A DNA stretch of 25,662 nucleotides from a virus (taxonomy: Duplodnaviria; Caudoviricetes). A program made the position numbers and the translations under genes. Positions 1-8,422 of the stretch are shown here, one piece after another. The stretch lies in IMG/VR virus record IMGVR_UViG_3300049731_000149, positions 1 through 25,662 of that record; one strand, 5' to 3'. Under the pieces are notes generated by a model. It was not told where the DNA came from. It saw only the letters and a program-made list of their open reading frames with translations, and did no database searches. The stretch's first letter is position 1; each line of letters opens with the position of its first letter.

Positions 1-188
1 ACAAGGAATACACGCTCGCGGTCCTGAAAGGCCGCGGCGCGTTTCGCAACTTCGAACGCAGCGACGGCGATCAGAAACTCTCGCTCGAAATCACCATCGA
101 TGGCCTCGAAGCGGACGGACGGGCGATCCCCGAAGGGACCGTCGTGGGCATTCCGCGCACCGTCGCGCTCCCCGATGTTGAGGACTAG
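1..188 (+). CDS. 3' end of probable terminase small subunit (partial)
   Basis: Frame 3 is open from the window edge: KEYTLAVLKGRGAFRNFERSDGDQKLSLEITIDGLEADGRAIPEGTVVGIPRTVALPDVED, TAG at 186-188, 3 nt before TerL. Function inferred from position only. Confidence 0.55.
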   Translation, partial: KEYTLAVLKGRGAFRNFERSDGDQKLSLEITIDGLEADGRAIPEGTVVGIPRTVALPDVED

Positions 189-191
189 GCC

Positions 192-1682
192 GTGGCTCGC
201 GCGGTCGCCAGCAATCTCACCGGCAAATTTAGCCTCAAGCACAACCCGTGGCAGCAAGCGTTTCTGCGCGCGCTGTTTTCCTTCCATCCCAATGGGCAGC
301 ATCTGTTTCATCGGCTCGCGATTTTCGCCGGCCGGCGCGGCGGCAAAACCCTGATCGGGGCCGTGGCCGCGGTGCTCATGGCGGCGCGGTTGCGTGAGTC
401 GCTGGGTTGGTGCGTCGCGCCGAGCTATCCCGAACTCAATGATTACGTCATTCCGGCCGTTATGAGAGTCGTGCCGGTGTCCTGGGTCCCGAAAGACGGC
501 TGGTCAGCGGAATTCACGACGCTCAAATTGAAGAACGGCGCGCGCATGCAGTTCCGCTCCGCCGAAGACCCCGAACGCATGCGCGGGCCCGGCTGCAACT
601 GGGGCTGGTTCGACGAAACCAGAAAAATTCGCAAGCTCGCCTGGGATACCTTCCGTCCCGCACTGACGGAGTTTCGCGGCCCCGCGTGGTTCACGACCTC
701 ACCGAATGGCTTCGACTGGTCGTACAACGCGTTCTACAAACGCGCGATGCCGGGCTATCACCAACGGCCCGGCTATTGGGCCTGTCGCTACAAGACCATC
801 GACAATCCGATCATCTCCGCAGAGGAAATCGAAGAAGCCCGCGGCGAAATGGATCCGCAGTTTTTTCGGCAGGAATACGAAGCCGAATTCGTGCGCTTCG
901 AAGGATCCATCTACGGCGACACGATGGACCCGTGCGTCTTTCTGGCCGGCGAAACCGAACGCATCCAACAGCACTTACCCTGGTATCCCACGCCCGATCC
1001 GAATTGGCCGTTGCTGGTGGGCCTCGACCCCGGCGCGGACCATCCCTTCGGGGGCGTCGGCATCCTAGCCACGCCGCAAGGGCTGGTCCCCTGGATCGAA
1101 TACCGCAAACGCATGTCGGCCTACGTCGACCACGCCACCGAATTGCTGCAACTGGTGCACGGCTTCACCGATGTCCGCTTCGGCATGGACCGCACCGCGA
1201 CGCAAGCCTTCATCGAACTGGCCACGCACGGCATCACCGCGAGCGCGGCTGAAAACTCCGTCCTGCTGGGCATTCAACGCGTGCAGTCCTGGCTCCGCGC
1301 CCAGAAGATGTATCTCATCGAGGCGCGCACGCCGATGCTGGTCGAAGAAATGCGCTCGTATCACTGGCACGACGCGCCCTCGGTCGACGACGAACGCATC
1401 AAGGAACGCGTCTTCAAACTCGACGACGATCTGTGCGATGGGCTGCGCTACGCGACGATGCTCTGGCCGGAATTGCCGGTGCCCGCGCCCGTGCTCATCG
1501 GCCGCGACCCCGCGACCGTGCCGCTGCAATCGCTCTGGGCCTGGGAACGCGAGCGCCGCTTGACCCGTGACGACGACGGATTGGATTGGGAACGCGATCT
1601 GCGCCCGATGGCCGATTTCTTTGCCCAAAGCCTGTCCGACGAGGAAATGGAAGGGGAGTACGTCGGTGGGTATTTTCACTAA
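192..1682 (+). CDS. terL: Terminase large subunit
   Basis: Walker A AGRRGGKT, WCVAPSY, RSAEDPERMRG, Walker B WGWFDE, coupling motif FTTSPNG, FRQEYEAEF, RNase H-like nuclease LLVGLDPG and DDLCDGLRY. GTG start with GAGGA upstream. Confidence 0.96.
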   Translation: MARAVASNLTGKFSLKHNPWQQAFLRALFSFHPNGQHLFHRLAIFAGRRGGKTLIGAVAAVLMAARLRESLGWCVAPSYPELNDYVIPAVMRVVPVSWVPKDGWSAEFTTLKLKNGARMQFRSAEDPERMRGPGCNWGWFDETRKIRKLAWDTFRPALTEFRGPAWFTTSPNGFDWSYNAFYKRAMPGYHQRPGYWACRYKTIDNPIISAEEIEEARGEMDPQFFRQEYEAEFVRFEGSIYGDTMDPCVFLAGETERIQQHLPWYPTPDPNWPLLVGLDPGADHPFGGVGILATPQGLVPWIEYRKRMSAYVDHATELLQLVHGFTDVRFGMDRTATQAFIELATHGITASAAENSVLLGIQRVQSWLRAQKMYLIEARTPMLVEEMRSYHWHDAPSVDDERIKERVFKLDDDLCDGLRYATMLWPELPVPAPVLIGRDPATVPLQSLWAWERERRLTRDDDGLDWERDLRPMADFFAQSLSDEEMEGEYVGGYFH

Positions 1683-2253
1683 GCCGTCCACGCCCGAACT
1701 CACGCCCGACCCGCCACGCGACCCGCTCCGCGATGAACTGGTCAAAATGCAGGCCGAACGCGACACGTTGCGCGGACAACTCAAACACTGGCGCACCGCG
1801 TACAAGACGCTCGTGGCTGAACACAGTCTCGAGCGCCTGAAGGCCACCAGCGAGCACCGCGCCCAAGTGGCCCGCCTGGAAGCGCAGCTGCGCGCCGAAA
1901 CGACGCGCGCCGACACCGCGACCGCGAACTTCGAATGGATGCGGCTGATGTTCAACAAGGCCGACCAGGAAGTCTCGACCTTGATGCAGCACACCTTGAA
2001 CGTCCAGCGCATGCCCTTTGAACTGGCGCGCGAACCCCTCGCCGCCGACGACAAGCCACGGCCGGCCGTCTCGAGCGCCGAGAGCGGCGTCGCGGTGCCG
2101 GTGGGCGATGCCACGCAGACCGCGATTGGCGGACTGGCCACCTCCCTGGGCCTGGACTTCGAAGACGTGGGCGACGAGCTGGCCCATGCCCTCGGCGTCA
2201 CCAACGACAACCCGCACGGACGACTCGAGCACCTCACACGCAGGAGTAACTAG
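1666..2253 (+). CDS. Hypothetical coiled-coil protein (195 aa; start revised from 1567 to GTG 1666)
   Basis: AAGGGGAG SD at 1651-1658 precedes in-frame GTG 1666. Heptad-like region LVKMQAERDTLRGQL...VARLEAQLRAE. Fills the TerL-portal gap. Confidence 0.75.
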   Translation: MGIFTKPSTPELTPDPPRDPLRDELVKMQAERDTLRGQLKHWRTAYKTLVAEHSLERLKATSEHRAQVARLEAQLRAETTRADTATANFEWMRLMFNKADQEVSTLMQHTLNVQRMPFELAREPLAADDKPRPAVSSAESGVAVPVGDATQTAIGGLATSLGLDFEDVGDELAHALGVTNDNPHGRLEHLTRRSN

Positions 2254-2255
2254 CA

Positions 2256-4664
2256 ATGGACAACATGGTGCCACCCCCCACGGGCGCACCGGACCCGAGC
2301 GGCCTCGAAGGTGCGGTCGAAGCCGTTTTCGCTGGGGCCCCGGCCATCAAGAGCGAGGACCAATACAAAAACTTCGGCGCGATGCTCGAGTTTTACAAGG
2401 AGGCGAAGCGCGAATGCCTGGACGGGCGACAGGCAATCGAACGCCTCTGGTGGCGCAACATCCTCTACATTCTCGGCCGCCAGTGGATCTACTACGACCG
2501 CAAACGCGGCCAATGGGTAGACAAGCGCATGGCCCGCTGGATCCCTCGACCGGTGACCAACAAAGCCTCGGAAGTGGTCGAATCGCTGGTCGCCCTGTTT
2601 CAGAGCATCGAACTCGACGCGACCGCGCGACCGGTCGGGGGCGAAGTGCGCAACGTCTCGACCGCCGAAACCATTGACCGCCTCGAGCCCTTTCTGAAAG
2701 ACGACCACGATTACAACCATGCCTGCATGATTCGGGATTTCTGGCTCGTCGCCACCGGCAACGGCTTTTTGCATACCTATTACGACAAAAATCCCCAATG
2801 GGGCACTGTCTCACTGCCGTACTCGCAATGCCAAAGCTGTGGCGTGAAGCACCCCCCGCAGACGGCCTATCTCGGCGTCTGCCCGACGTGCAAGGTGGGC
2901 CAGATGGCCGCCACCGATATGGCGATGCCGGTCGGGCGCGGCCGCACGTGCGCGCCGTCGCCCTTCGAAATTGCCTACCCGCTGGTCTATCAGGAATTCG
3001 AGGACACCCCCATCGTGCTCCGCATGATGTGGAAAACGAAACGGCAACTCGAGAACTTCTACGGCCGGAGCTTCCTCGACAAACACAAAATCACGTGGCA
3101 ACGCTCGCCGCAAGAACGCTCGCTGCAACTGATGCGCGCCATTGCCACGCAGACCGACGTCTCCGCGATGTCGCGCAGTCATGGCCTGGGCGCGGAAACC
3201 GACTTCGAGAGCGATGGCACGACCGAATTCGAACTGTGGGCCAAGCCGAACGAAGACTTTCCCGAAGGCTTGCTGATGCGCGTCCTGGGCGACGGCGAAA
3301 ACGTCGTGCTCATCGAAGACGAGCCGGCCTTGCCGGGGCCGGTGCCGTTTCAAACCAAACAGGGCGAGATTCTGATTCCGTTCCTGCACACCGGTTTCAA
3401 ACAATTTGGCGGCAAATCCACCGCCAACAGTCCCCTCGACGTGATTTGCGCCAAGGTCGACCAGTTGAATCGCCTCGACGCGCTCATCGAACTGATTGTG
3501 AACCGAAGCGCCAATCCCGTGTGGCTGGAACCCAAAGGGAGCGAAATCAAATCCTTCACCGGTGAACCGGGCCTCGTGCTGAAATACAACGCCCTGGCCG
3601 CCGGCGGCGCGAAACCCGAACGCCTGGAAGGGGCCAACATTCAGGGCAGTCTGTTTCAGCTGCGCAAACAGATCCTCGACGACATCGAATATTTGGCCGG
3701 CACCTTCGACGTCTTGAAGGGCAGCAAACCCGGCGGCGTCGAAGCGTTTTCGGCGCTGCAACTGCTGGTCGAACGTGGACAGGCCCGCTTTACGCCGGTG
3801 TTCAAGGCGCGCGGGGAAACGCATCGCAAATGGCTCGCCTTGGCGGTGGAGCTCGAGCGGCAGTACGGCCCGACCCGGCGCACCTACGCGGTGATGACGC
3901 CGAATAAGGGCTGGACGATGGAGCACTTCCTGAACGCGGACCTTCAGGGTGCGGTCGATTTCATCATCGAGGACGGCGCGCAGGCTCCGAAGACCAACCT
4001 CGGAATTCGGGCAGCGATTGAACAGGCGAAAAATTTGGGGTACTTGGATCCCGCGGACTTCGAACAGAAGTACTCCGTGTTCACCAAGTTGGGCCTGACC
4101 TTCCTGATGCCGTCGCTCGACTTCCACGTCAAGAGCGCCCTGGCTGAACAAGACGCGTTCGAAAAGTGGACGCAGGATCCCGCGGCCCTCGAGCAATTCA
4201 ATCAGCAAATGATGGTCTACAGCCAATCCCTCCAGCTGTACACGCAGCAGACGCAGCAGGCGACCGCCGCCGGCCAGATGGTGCAGAGCCAGCCGCCGGA
4301 CATGCCCGAGATGACCCCGTTCCAAGGCAAGGAGTACCAGGACGGGCGCGTGCACATCGCCGAGCACACCAAGTGGGCGAACAGCGATTCAGCCCGGACC
4401 CTGTTCCAGCAGATGCCCATGCTCGAGCAAGCCTTTCTCCGTCACCTCGAATTACACGACATCCTCGACGCGACGCGGATCCTTCGGCAACAGCTGGCGC
4501 AGACCCAAGCCCAAATGCGCCTTGGCCTGTTGCTCCCCCAACCCCAGGCGGGCGGCGGCGGGCAAGCGATGGCGAGTAGCAATCAGGAATCCGGCGCGAC
4601 CGATTCGATGCCGGCCGGCAACAACGACCAGGGCAAGACCGGCCAACAGGTCGGGCCAGCCTAA
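2256..4664 (+). CDS. Portal protein (P22-like size and layout) with CxxC-x13-CxxC insert and Gln-rich C-terminus
   Basis: 802 aa, follows TerL. Portal-like segments WWRNILYILGRQW, RPVTNK, ATGNGF, DQLNRLDALI, SALQLLVE. AGGAG SD upstream. Confidence 0.87.
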   Translation: MDNMVPPPTGAPDPSGLEGAVEAVFAGAPAIKSEDQYKNFGAMLEFYKEAKRECLDGRQAIERLWWRNILYILGRQWIYYDRKRGQWVDKRMARWIPRPVTNKASEVVESLVALFQSIELDATARPVGGEVRNVSTAETIDRLEPFLKDDHDYNHACMIRDFWLVATGNGFLHTYYDKNPQWGTVSLPYSQCQSCGVKHPPQTAYLGVCPTCKVGQMAATDMAMPVGRGRTCAPSPFEIAYPLVYQEFEDTPIVLRMMWKTKRQLENFYGRSFLDKHKITWQRSPQERSLQLMRAIATQTDVSAMSRSHGLGAETDFESDGTTEFELWAKPNEDFPEGLLMRVLGDGENVVLIEDEPALPGPVPFQTKQGEILIPFLHTGFKQFGGKSTANSPLDVICAKVDQLNRLDALIELIVNRSANPVWLEPKGSEIKSFTGEPGLVLKYNALAAGGAKPERLEGANIQGSLFQLRKQILDDIEYLAGTFDVLKGSKPGGVEAFSALQLLVERGQARFTPVFKARGETHRKWLALAVELERQYGPTRRTYAVMTPNKGWTMEHFLNADLQGAVDFIIEDGAQAPKTNLGIRAAIEQAKNLGYLDPADFEQKYSVFTKLGLTFLMPSLDFHVKSALAEQDAFEKWTQDPAALEQFNQQMMVYSQSLQLYTQQTQQATAAGQMVQSQPPDMPEMTPFQGKEYQDGRVHIAEHTKWANSDSARTLFQQMPMLEQAFLRHLELHDILDATRILRQQLAQTQAQMRLGLLLPQPQAGGGGQAMASSNQESGATDSMPAGNNDQGKTGQQVGPA

Positions 4665-4676
4665 GGAGACACGCAC

Positions 4677-4907
4677 ATGGAAGGCAAACTGATTCAGAAA
4701 CTCCTGGATGACCTCGTGGCGCGCAACCCCGACATGGAAAAGTACCTGACCAACCTCGACTACATTCCGCAGGGCGAGGAACCGGCACCGGAGCACACCC
4801 ACACCGTGAAACTCGCCAACATCGCCAGCGGCGAGGATCTGGTGATCGCGCTCACCGCCCAGCCGCCCTACGGGGCCATTGCGGATCTTCTCCTGGAGCG
4901 TCTCTGA
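4677..4907 (+). CDS. Hypothetical protein (76 aa)
   Basis: AAGGAG SD, GC3-biased codons, TGATG coupling to the next gene. Confidence 0.75.
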   Translation: MEGKLIQKLLDDLVARNPDMEKYLTNLDYIPQGEEPAPEHTHTVKLANIASGEDLVIALTAQPPYGAIADLLLERL

Positions 4908-5053
4908 TGCCGAAGGAACTCGAGCGCAAGCTGACCAAGGAAGCCGCGATGAAGGGCCTCAAAGGCGCGCACAAAGACGCCTACATCTACGGCACCATGC
5001 GCAAGACCGGCTGGCGACCCGCCCGCGAGAAAGGTGGCAAAAGGAAAACGTAA
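4907..5053 (+). CDS. Small basic protein (48 aa, absent from the ORF track)
   Basis: ATG overlaps the previous stop (TGATG), GGAG upstream. MPKELERKLTKEAAMKGLKGAHKDAYIYGTMRKTGWRPAREKGGKRKT, TAA 5051-5053. Confidence 0.75.
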   Translation: MPKELERKLTKEAAMKGLKGAHKDAYIYGTMRKTGWRPAREKGGKRKT

Positions 5054-5066
5054 CCGCTGGATCGGC

Positions 5067-5097
5067 TTGACAGCCACCACATCTTGTGTTGTAAGGT
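5067..5097 (+). promoter_or_regulatory. Candidate sigma70-type promoter for scaffold/capsid genes
   Basis: Perfect TTGACA at 5067-5072 in a locally AT-rich intergenic patch. The -10 candidates are TGTAAG (17-nt spacer) or TAAGGT (19-nt spacer); neither is ideal. Confidence 0.5.
5074..5089. promoter_or_regulatory. NrdR-box-like imperfect palindrome in the promoter spacer
   Basis: CCACCACATCTTGTGT against the NrdR consensus acaCwAtATaTwGtgt; core C-A-AT-T-G positions all match. Single copy only. Confidence 0.42.
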
Positions 5098-5112
5098 TTT
5101 GCCTGACATGCC

Positions 5113-5145
5113 TCTCGATCCGTCACCTAGGTGACGTGCCCGAGA
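5113..5145 (+). promoter_or_regulatory. Hairpin/perfect palindrome in the scaffold leader
   Basis: CGTCACCTAGGTGACG (5121-5136) is a perfect 16-bp palindrome, extended by TCTCG (5113-5117) pairing with CGAGA (5141-5145). Confidence 0.55.
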
Positions 5146-5161
5146 AGAAGGCGAGGCAAGA

Positions 5162-6037
5162 ATGGCCGACGAGCCAGCCGGTGCGGATGGTCAAGACCAG
5201 CTGACCGAGCCGACCGGTCAACCTGACAGCGGCGAAACCCAAGCGCCCCGCGAACAGCCGCGCGGGGCCCAGGACGGAGCCTCGGCGGGCGCTGAGAAGG
5301 CGACCCGTACCGGTCCTGCGAGCCGAGCCACCGGCCAGCGTCGTGGTGATGGGGCGTTCGTACCCAGTCATCGTCTGCGTGAAGCAAACGCAAGGGCGGA
5401 ACGAGCCGAGCAACGATTTCGAGAACTGCAAGCGCACTTGTATCGCCAACCGGCCGGCGAGCCGGTACGGCGGGAAGCCCCGGCGGCGATTGATCCAGAA
5501 ACGCAGCGAGTGCGGGATGCCTTCCGCCAGATGTATCCGCAACTCGCCGCGTTTGAGGACGCGGGAATTGACCTAGGCCGATTGAGTCAGCTGGTATCCC
5601 AGAACGGGCCGATTCAATCGTTCGAAGATTTGCAACAGCAAATCTGGCGCAACGTTGCACTCGGCGCACTGCGCAGTGTCGACGCCAAAGTCAGAGATGC
5701 CTACGGGCCAAACGTCAAACCCAGCACAGTGCGGCATTTCCAGTCGGCCTTCATGTCGTGGATTCAGGACGACGAAGACCGGAAAAATCGGTACATCGAA
5801 AACGATCCAAACCTTGTCGACGATTTCTGGCACGACACCACCGGCGACGTCGTAGAACCGATTCGCGAATCGACACAAGCCACGCTTCGGACACGCGCGG
5901 AGCGCGTGAACAACCTGCCGAAGTTCACCGGTCGCACCGGACCGGTGGGCGCTCAGGGTAAACCGAAGACGCTGCCGAAGACCGAAGAGGAACTACACGA
6001 CGCCGCATTTGACGCGCTGATCGAACGCCAAGGGTAG
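5162..6037 (+). CDS. Capsid scaffolding protein
   Basis: Directly upstream of the capsid gene. Disordered N-terminus, FVPSHRLREANARAERAE motif leading into coiled coil, C-terminal amphipathic helix TEEELHDAAFDALIERQG. Confidence 0.78.
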   Translation: MADEPAGADGQDQLTEPTGQPDSGETQAPREQPRGAQDGASAGAEKATRTGPASRATGQRRGDGAFVPSHRLREANARAERAEQRFRELQAHLYRQPAGEPVRREAPAAIDPETQRVRDAFRQMYPQLAAFEDAGIDLGRLSQLVSQNGPIQSFEDLQQQIWRNVALGALRSVDAKVRDAYGPNVKPSTVRHFQSAFMSWIQDDEDRKNRYIENDPNLVDDFWHDTTGDVVEPIRESTQATLRTRAERVNNLPKFTGRTGPVGAQGKPKTLPKTEEELHDAAFDALIERQG

Positions 6038-6080
6038 TCACGCAACCTTTGCCAAACGGCGCGTCACGTGAGGGACGCCC

Positions 6081-7385
6081 GTGACCGGAGCCGACACACA
6101 GGTCATTGATGGGATTCTCAAGGACTACTACGAGGATTTCGTCTCTGAACAAGTCAACAACAAAAACCAGCTGAAAGACCTGTTCGGGTTCAAGGACTCG
6201 GACTTCGCGGGTAGGGAAAAAGTCTACACCGCGCACGTGTCGCGCAACACCTCACCCTTCTTCAGCGGTGAGGATGGCGCGTTCGCAGAAGCCGGCGCGC
6301 AGGGTCACGTCCAGGTGCGTGTCGGGCAACGGAAGCTGATGGGCCGCATCCGCCTCACCTATGAGGCGATGCACGATTCGTTGCAGAGTCGCGGGGCCTT
6401 CAAGCAGGCGCGGCGCGACGAGAATCAGGGGCTCATCAAGGACATCGCGCGCAAAGAGGAATACGCCCTGGCCACCGAAGGCCGCGGCATTCTCGCGCTC
6501 ATCGATGAAGTCACGCCCTCAGGCGATACGACCCTCGAGCTCGACGCGCCCGGCGGCATCACCAACGACAACTTCGGCAATCGCTTTTGCCAAGTGGGTA
6601 TGTATGTCGGGGCGGTCAATCCTGGCACCGGCGCATTGCGCACCACCGTGCGGAAGATCACGGCCTGCAACAGCGATGGGACCGACGTCACCCTCGATGG
6701 CGTCGGCGGCTCGACCTGGGCAAACAATGACTACCTCGTCCAGTGTGCCAATAGCGACGTCACCGATGTGCTCGATTCGAGCTACGAGCATGCGTTCTGG
6801 GGCCTGATGGCCCTGGTCGATGACGGCACCTATCGCAACAACTACTTCGGCGTCGACCGCTCCGTCTGGGGGAACTTCTCGAGCTACGTCAAGCCCTCGA
6901 CCGGCACGCTGAGTTTCGACCTGTTGCAGCAAGTGGCCGACATCCTCGATCAGAAACTCGGATCGACGATCGACCTGCTACTCGCGCATCACTCCACGCG
7001 CCGCCTCTACATCAAGATGCTGCTGGGTGACCGCCGCTTCGTCGGCAATCACGTGCAGCGTCCCGATGGCGGCACGGTCGCCTTTACCCAGGGCGATCTG
7101 ACGATGGGCGAAGTGCCCATCAAAGCGATTCGTGATTTCCCACTCGACGTGATGATGCTGTTGGACAAAGCGAATTCCGGCTGGGTGGTCTACGAATCAG
7201 AAAAGGGCAAGTGGGTGGACGAGGACGGTCAGATTCTCGTCCGCGCCGGCGTCGGATCCGCGGCGCGCGATGCCTTCGAGGCGTGGTACCGGATCAGAAG
7301 GCAATATCACCTCAGGTATCCGGGGTACAACGCACGACTCGACGCGATTACCGGTCAGTCGTTGGTCATCGTCCGCGCTGAATAA
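6081..7385 (+). CDS. Major capsid protein (HK97 fold expected)
   Basis: 434 aa. N-terminal IDGILKDYY, GRIRLTYEAM, GLMALVDDG, YFGVDRS and C-terminal NARLDAIT resemble P22-like capsid proteins. Positioned after the scaffold and followed by a strong hairpin. Confidence 0.88.
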   Translation: MTGADTQVIDGILKDYYEDFVSEQVNNKNQLKDLFGFKDSDFAGREKVYTAHVSRNTSPFFSGEDGAFAEAGAQGHVQVRVGQRKLMGRIRLTYEAMHDSLQSRGAFKQARRDENQGLIKDIARKEEYALATEGRGILALIDEVTPSGDTTLELDAPGGITNDNFGNRFCQVGMYVGAVNPGTGALRTTVRKITACNSDGTDVTLDGVGGSTWANNDYLVQCANSDVTDVLDSSYEHAFWGLMALVDDGTYRNNYFGVDRSVWGNFSSYVKPSTGTLSFDLLQQVADILDQKLGSTIDLLLAHHSTRRLYIKMLLGDRRFVGNHVQRPDGGTVAFTQGDLTMGEVPIKAIRDFPLDVMMLLDKANSGWVVYESEKGKWVDEDGQILVRAGVGSAARDAFEAWYRIRRQYHLRYPGYNARLDAITGQSLVIVRAE

Positions 7386-7401
7386 GCGCGACGAGAAGGG
7401 C

Positions 7402-7438
7402 CGCGCGCCGGTGATGTCGGGAGCGCCGGCGCGCGTTT
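7402..7438 (+). terminator. GC-rich hairpin after the capsid gene (partial terminator or mRNA stabiliser)
   Basis: CGCGCGCCGGTG (7402-7413) pairs with CGCCGGCGCGCG (7424-7435): 12 bp with one G-U, followed by only TTT. Confidence 0.5.
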
Positions 7439-7457
7439 CCGCAAAAAGGAGAGGCGA

Positions 7458-7895
7458 ATGGAAGGATTTCTCAATCCCTACGATTGGGTCGAAGCGGGCA
7501 ACCGCACCAGCAAGACGCTCACCGTCACCTATGACGGCAAATCCTGGGAACTGCCGCCCTATCCGGCGGTGAACAAACTCCCACAGATCGTCGCCAGGAA
7601 GGCCATTGAACAACATCCGCTGATGGGCAGTGAGGATCCGACCAATCCGAACTACTTCATCTCCCTGGTGTTCGTGCGCGGGTGGGAAATCGGTGGCGAA
7701 CCGATGGCCGACACGCCTATCGAACAAAGCAGATCAATCGAACGCATTGACGTGTCGTTGCTCGACCCCGACCGGCAACGGGGCCGCGAAACCGTGCATT
7801 TCGGCCGGCTGAAACCGGAACGCATGCACGACATGCCAGGCGCGAGCGACAGCGCGCGGACCGGTTCAATGAGCACGTTTTCGGGTGATGCCTGA
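7458..7895 (+). CDS. Hypothetical phage protein (145 aa)
   Basis: AAGGAGAGG SD; TGATG coupling downstream; globular N-terminal region. Confidence 0.8.
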   Translation: MEGFLNPYDWVEAGNRTSKTLTVTYDGKSWELPPYPAVNKLPQIVARKAIEQHPLMGSEDPTNPNYFISLVFVRGWEIGGEPMADTPIEQSRSIERIDVSLLDPDRQRGRETVHFGRLKPERMHDMPGASDSARTGSMSTFSGDA

Positions 7896-8422
7896 TGCCT
7901 GAGGACTTTGCGATGGCGCAATTGCGCCGAGCGCTCGACGAGCGGCGGCCCCCACCGCCGACCACGCCCTCGATGCGCGCGCCCACCACCTGGGAACGCA
8001 TTGGCGGAGGTTTGCAATCGGCGGTGGAGAGTCTGTCGAAACAGCCACTTGCCCGCATTGCCGATTTGGCCGGGCTGGTGAATCTGGACGCGGCGAAGCG
8101 GGAATTCAGCGAGCCGTATAGCGGCGTGCGCTACGCCACGATGCCGAGCGGGCCGTTCAAGTGGGGCAACAAAACCTTGGAATTGCTCGACGACACGGTA
8201 GGCCCACGACTCAACGCGTCGGGCGAATCGATGGCCTCGAGCGAAGCCCTGAGTCGGATGTCTGGGATGAAAGACCGGGGCCAGAAGTTTGTCGTGCGCC
8301 GCGGCGGCATGACGCGCGAACTCATCGGACCGACTGCGGTCGATTACAACCCGCGCCCTGGTGAGGAATACGGCGTCTTGCGCGACGGGGTGTTCAGCTT
8401 GCTTCAGCGGGGAGGACGGTAG
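7895..8422 (+). CDS. Hypothetical protein (175 aa), possible minor internal virion protein
   Basis: Coupled on both sides (TGATG, TAGTG). Pro-rich N-terminus; compact C-terminal segment NASGESMASSEALSR...LIGPTAVDY. Confidence 0.75.
   Translation: MPEDFAMAQLRRALDERRPPPPTTPSMRAPTTWERIGGGLQSAVESLSKQPLARIADLAGLVNLDAAKREFSEPYSGVRYATMPSGPFKWGNKTLELLDDTVGPRLNASGESMASSEALSRMSGMKDRGQKFVVRRGGMTRELIGPTAVDYNPRPGEEYGVLRDGVFSLLQRGGR

Noticed and set aside
2811-4367. Long minus-strand ORFs (518 aa here; also 1065..2237, 13702..14766, 14776..15960)
   Set aside because: Antisense shadows of GC3-rich + strand genes; no motifs and no operon logic.
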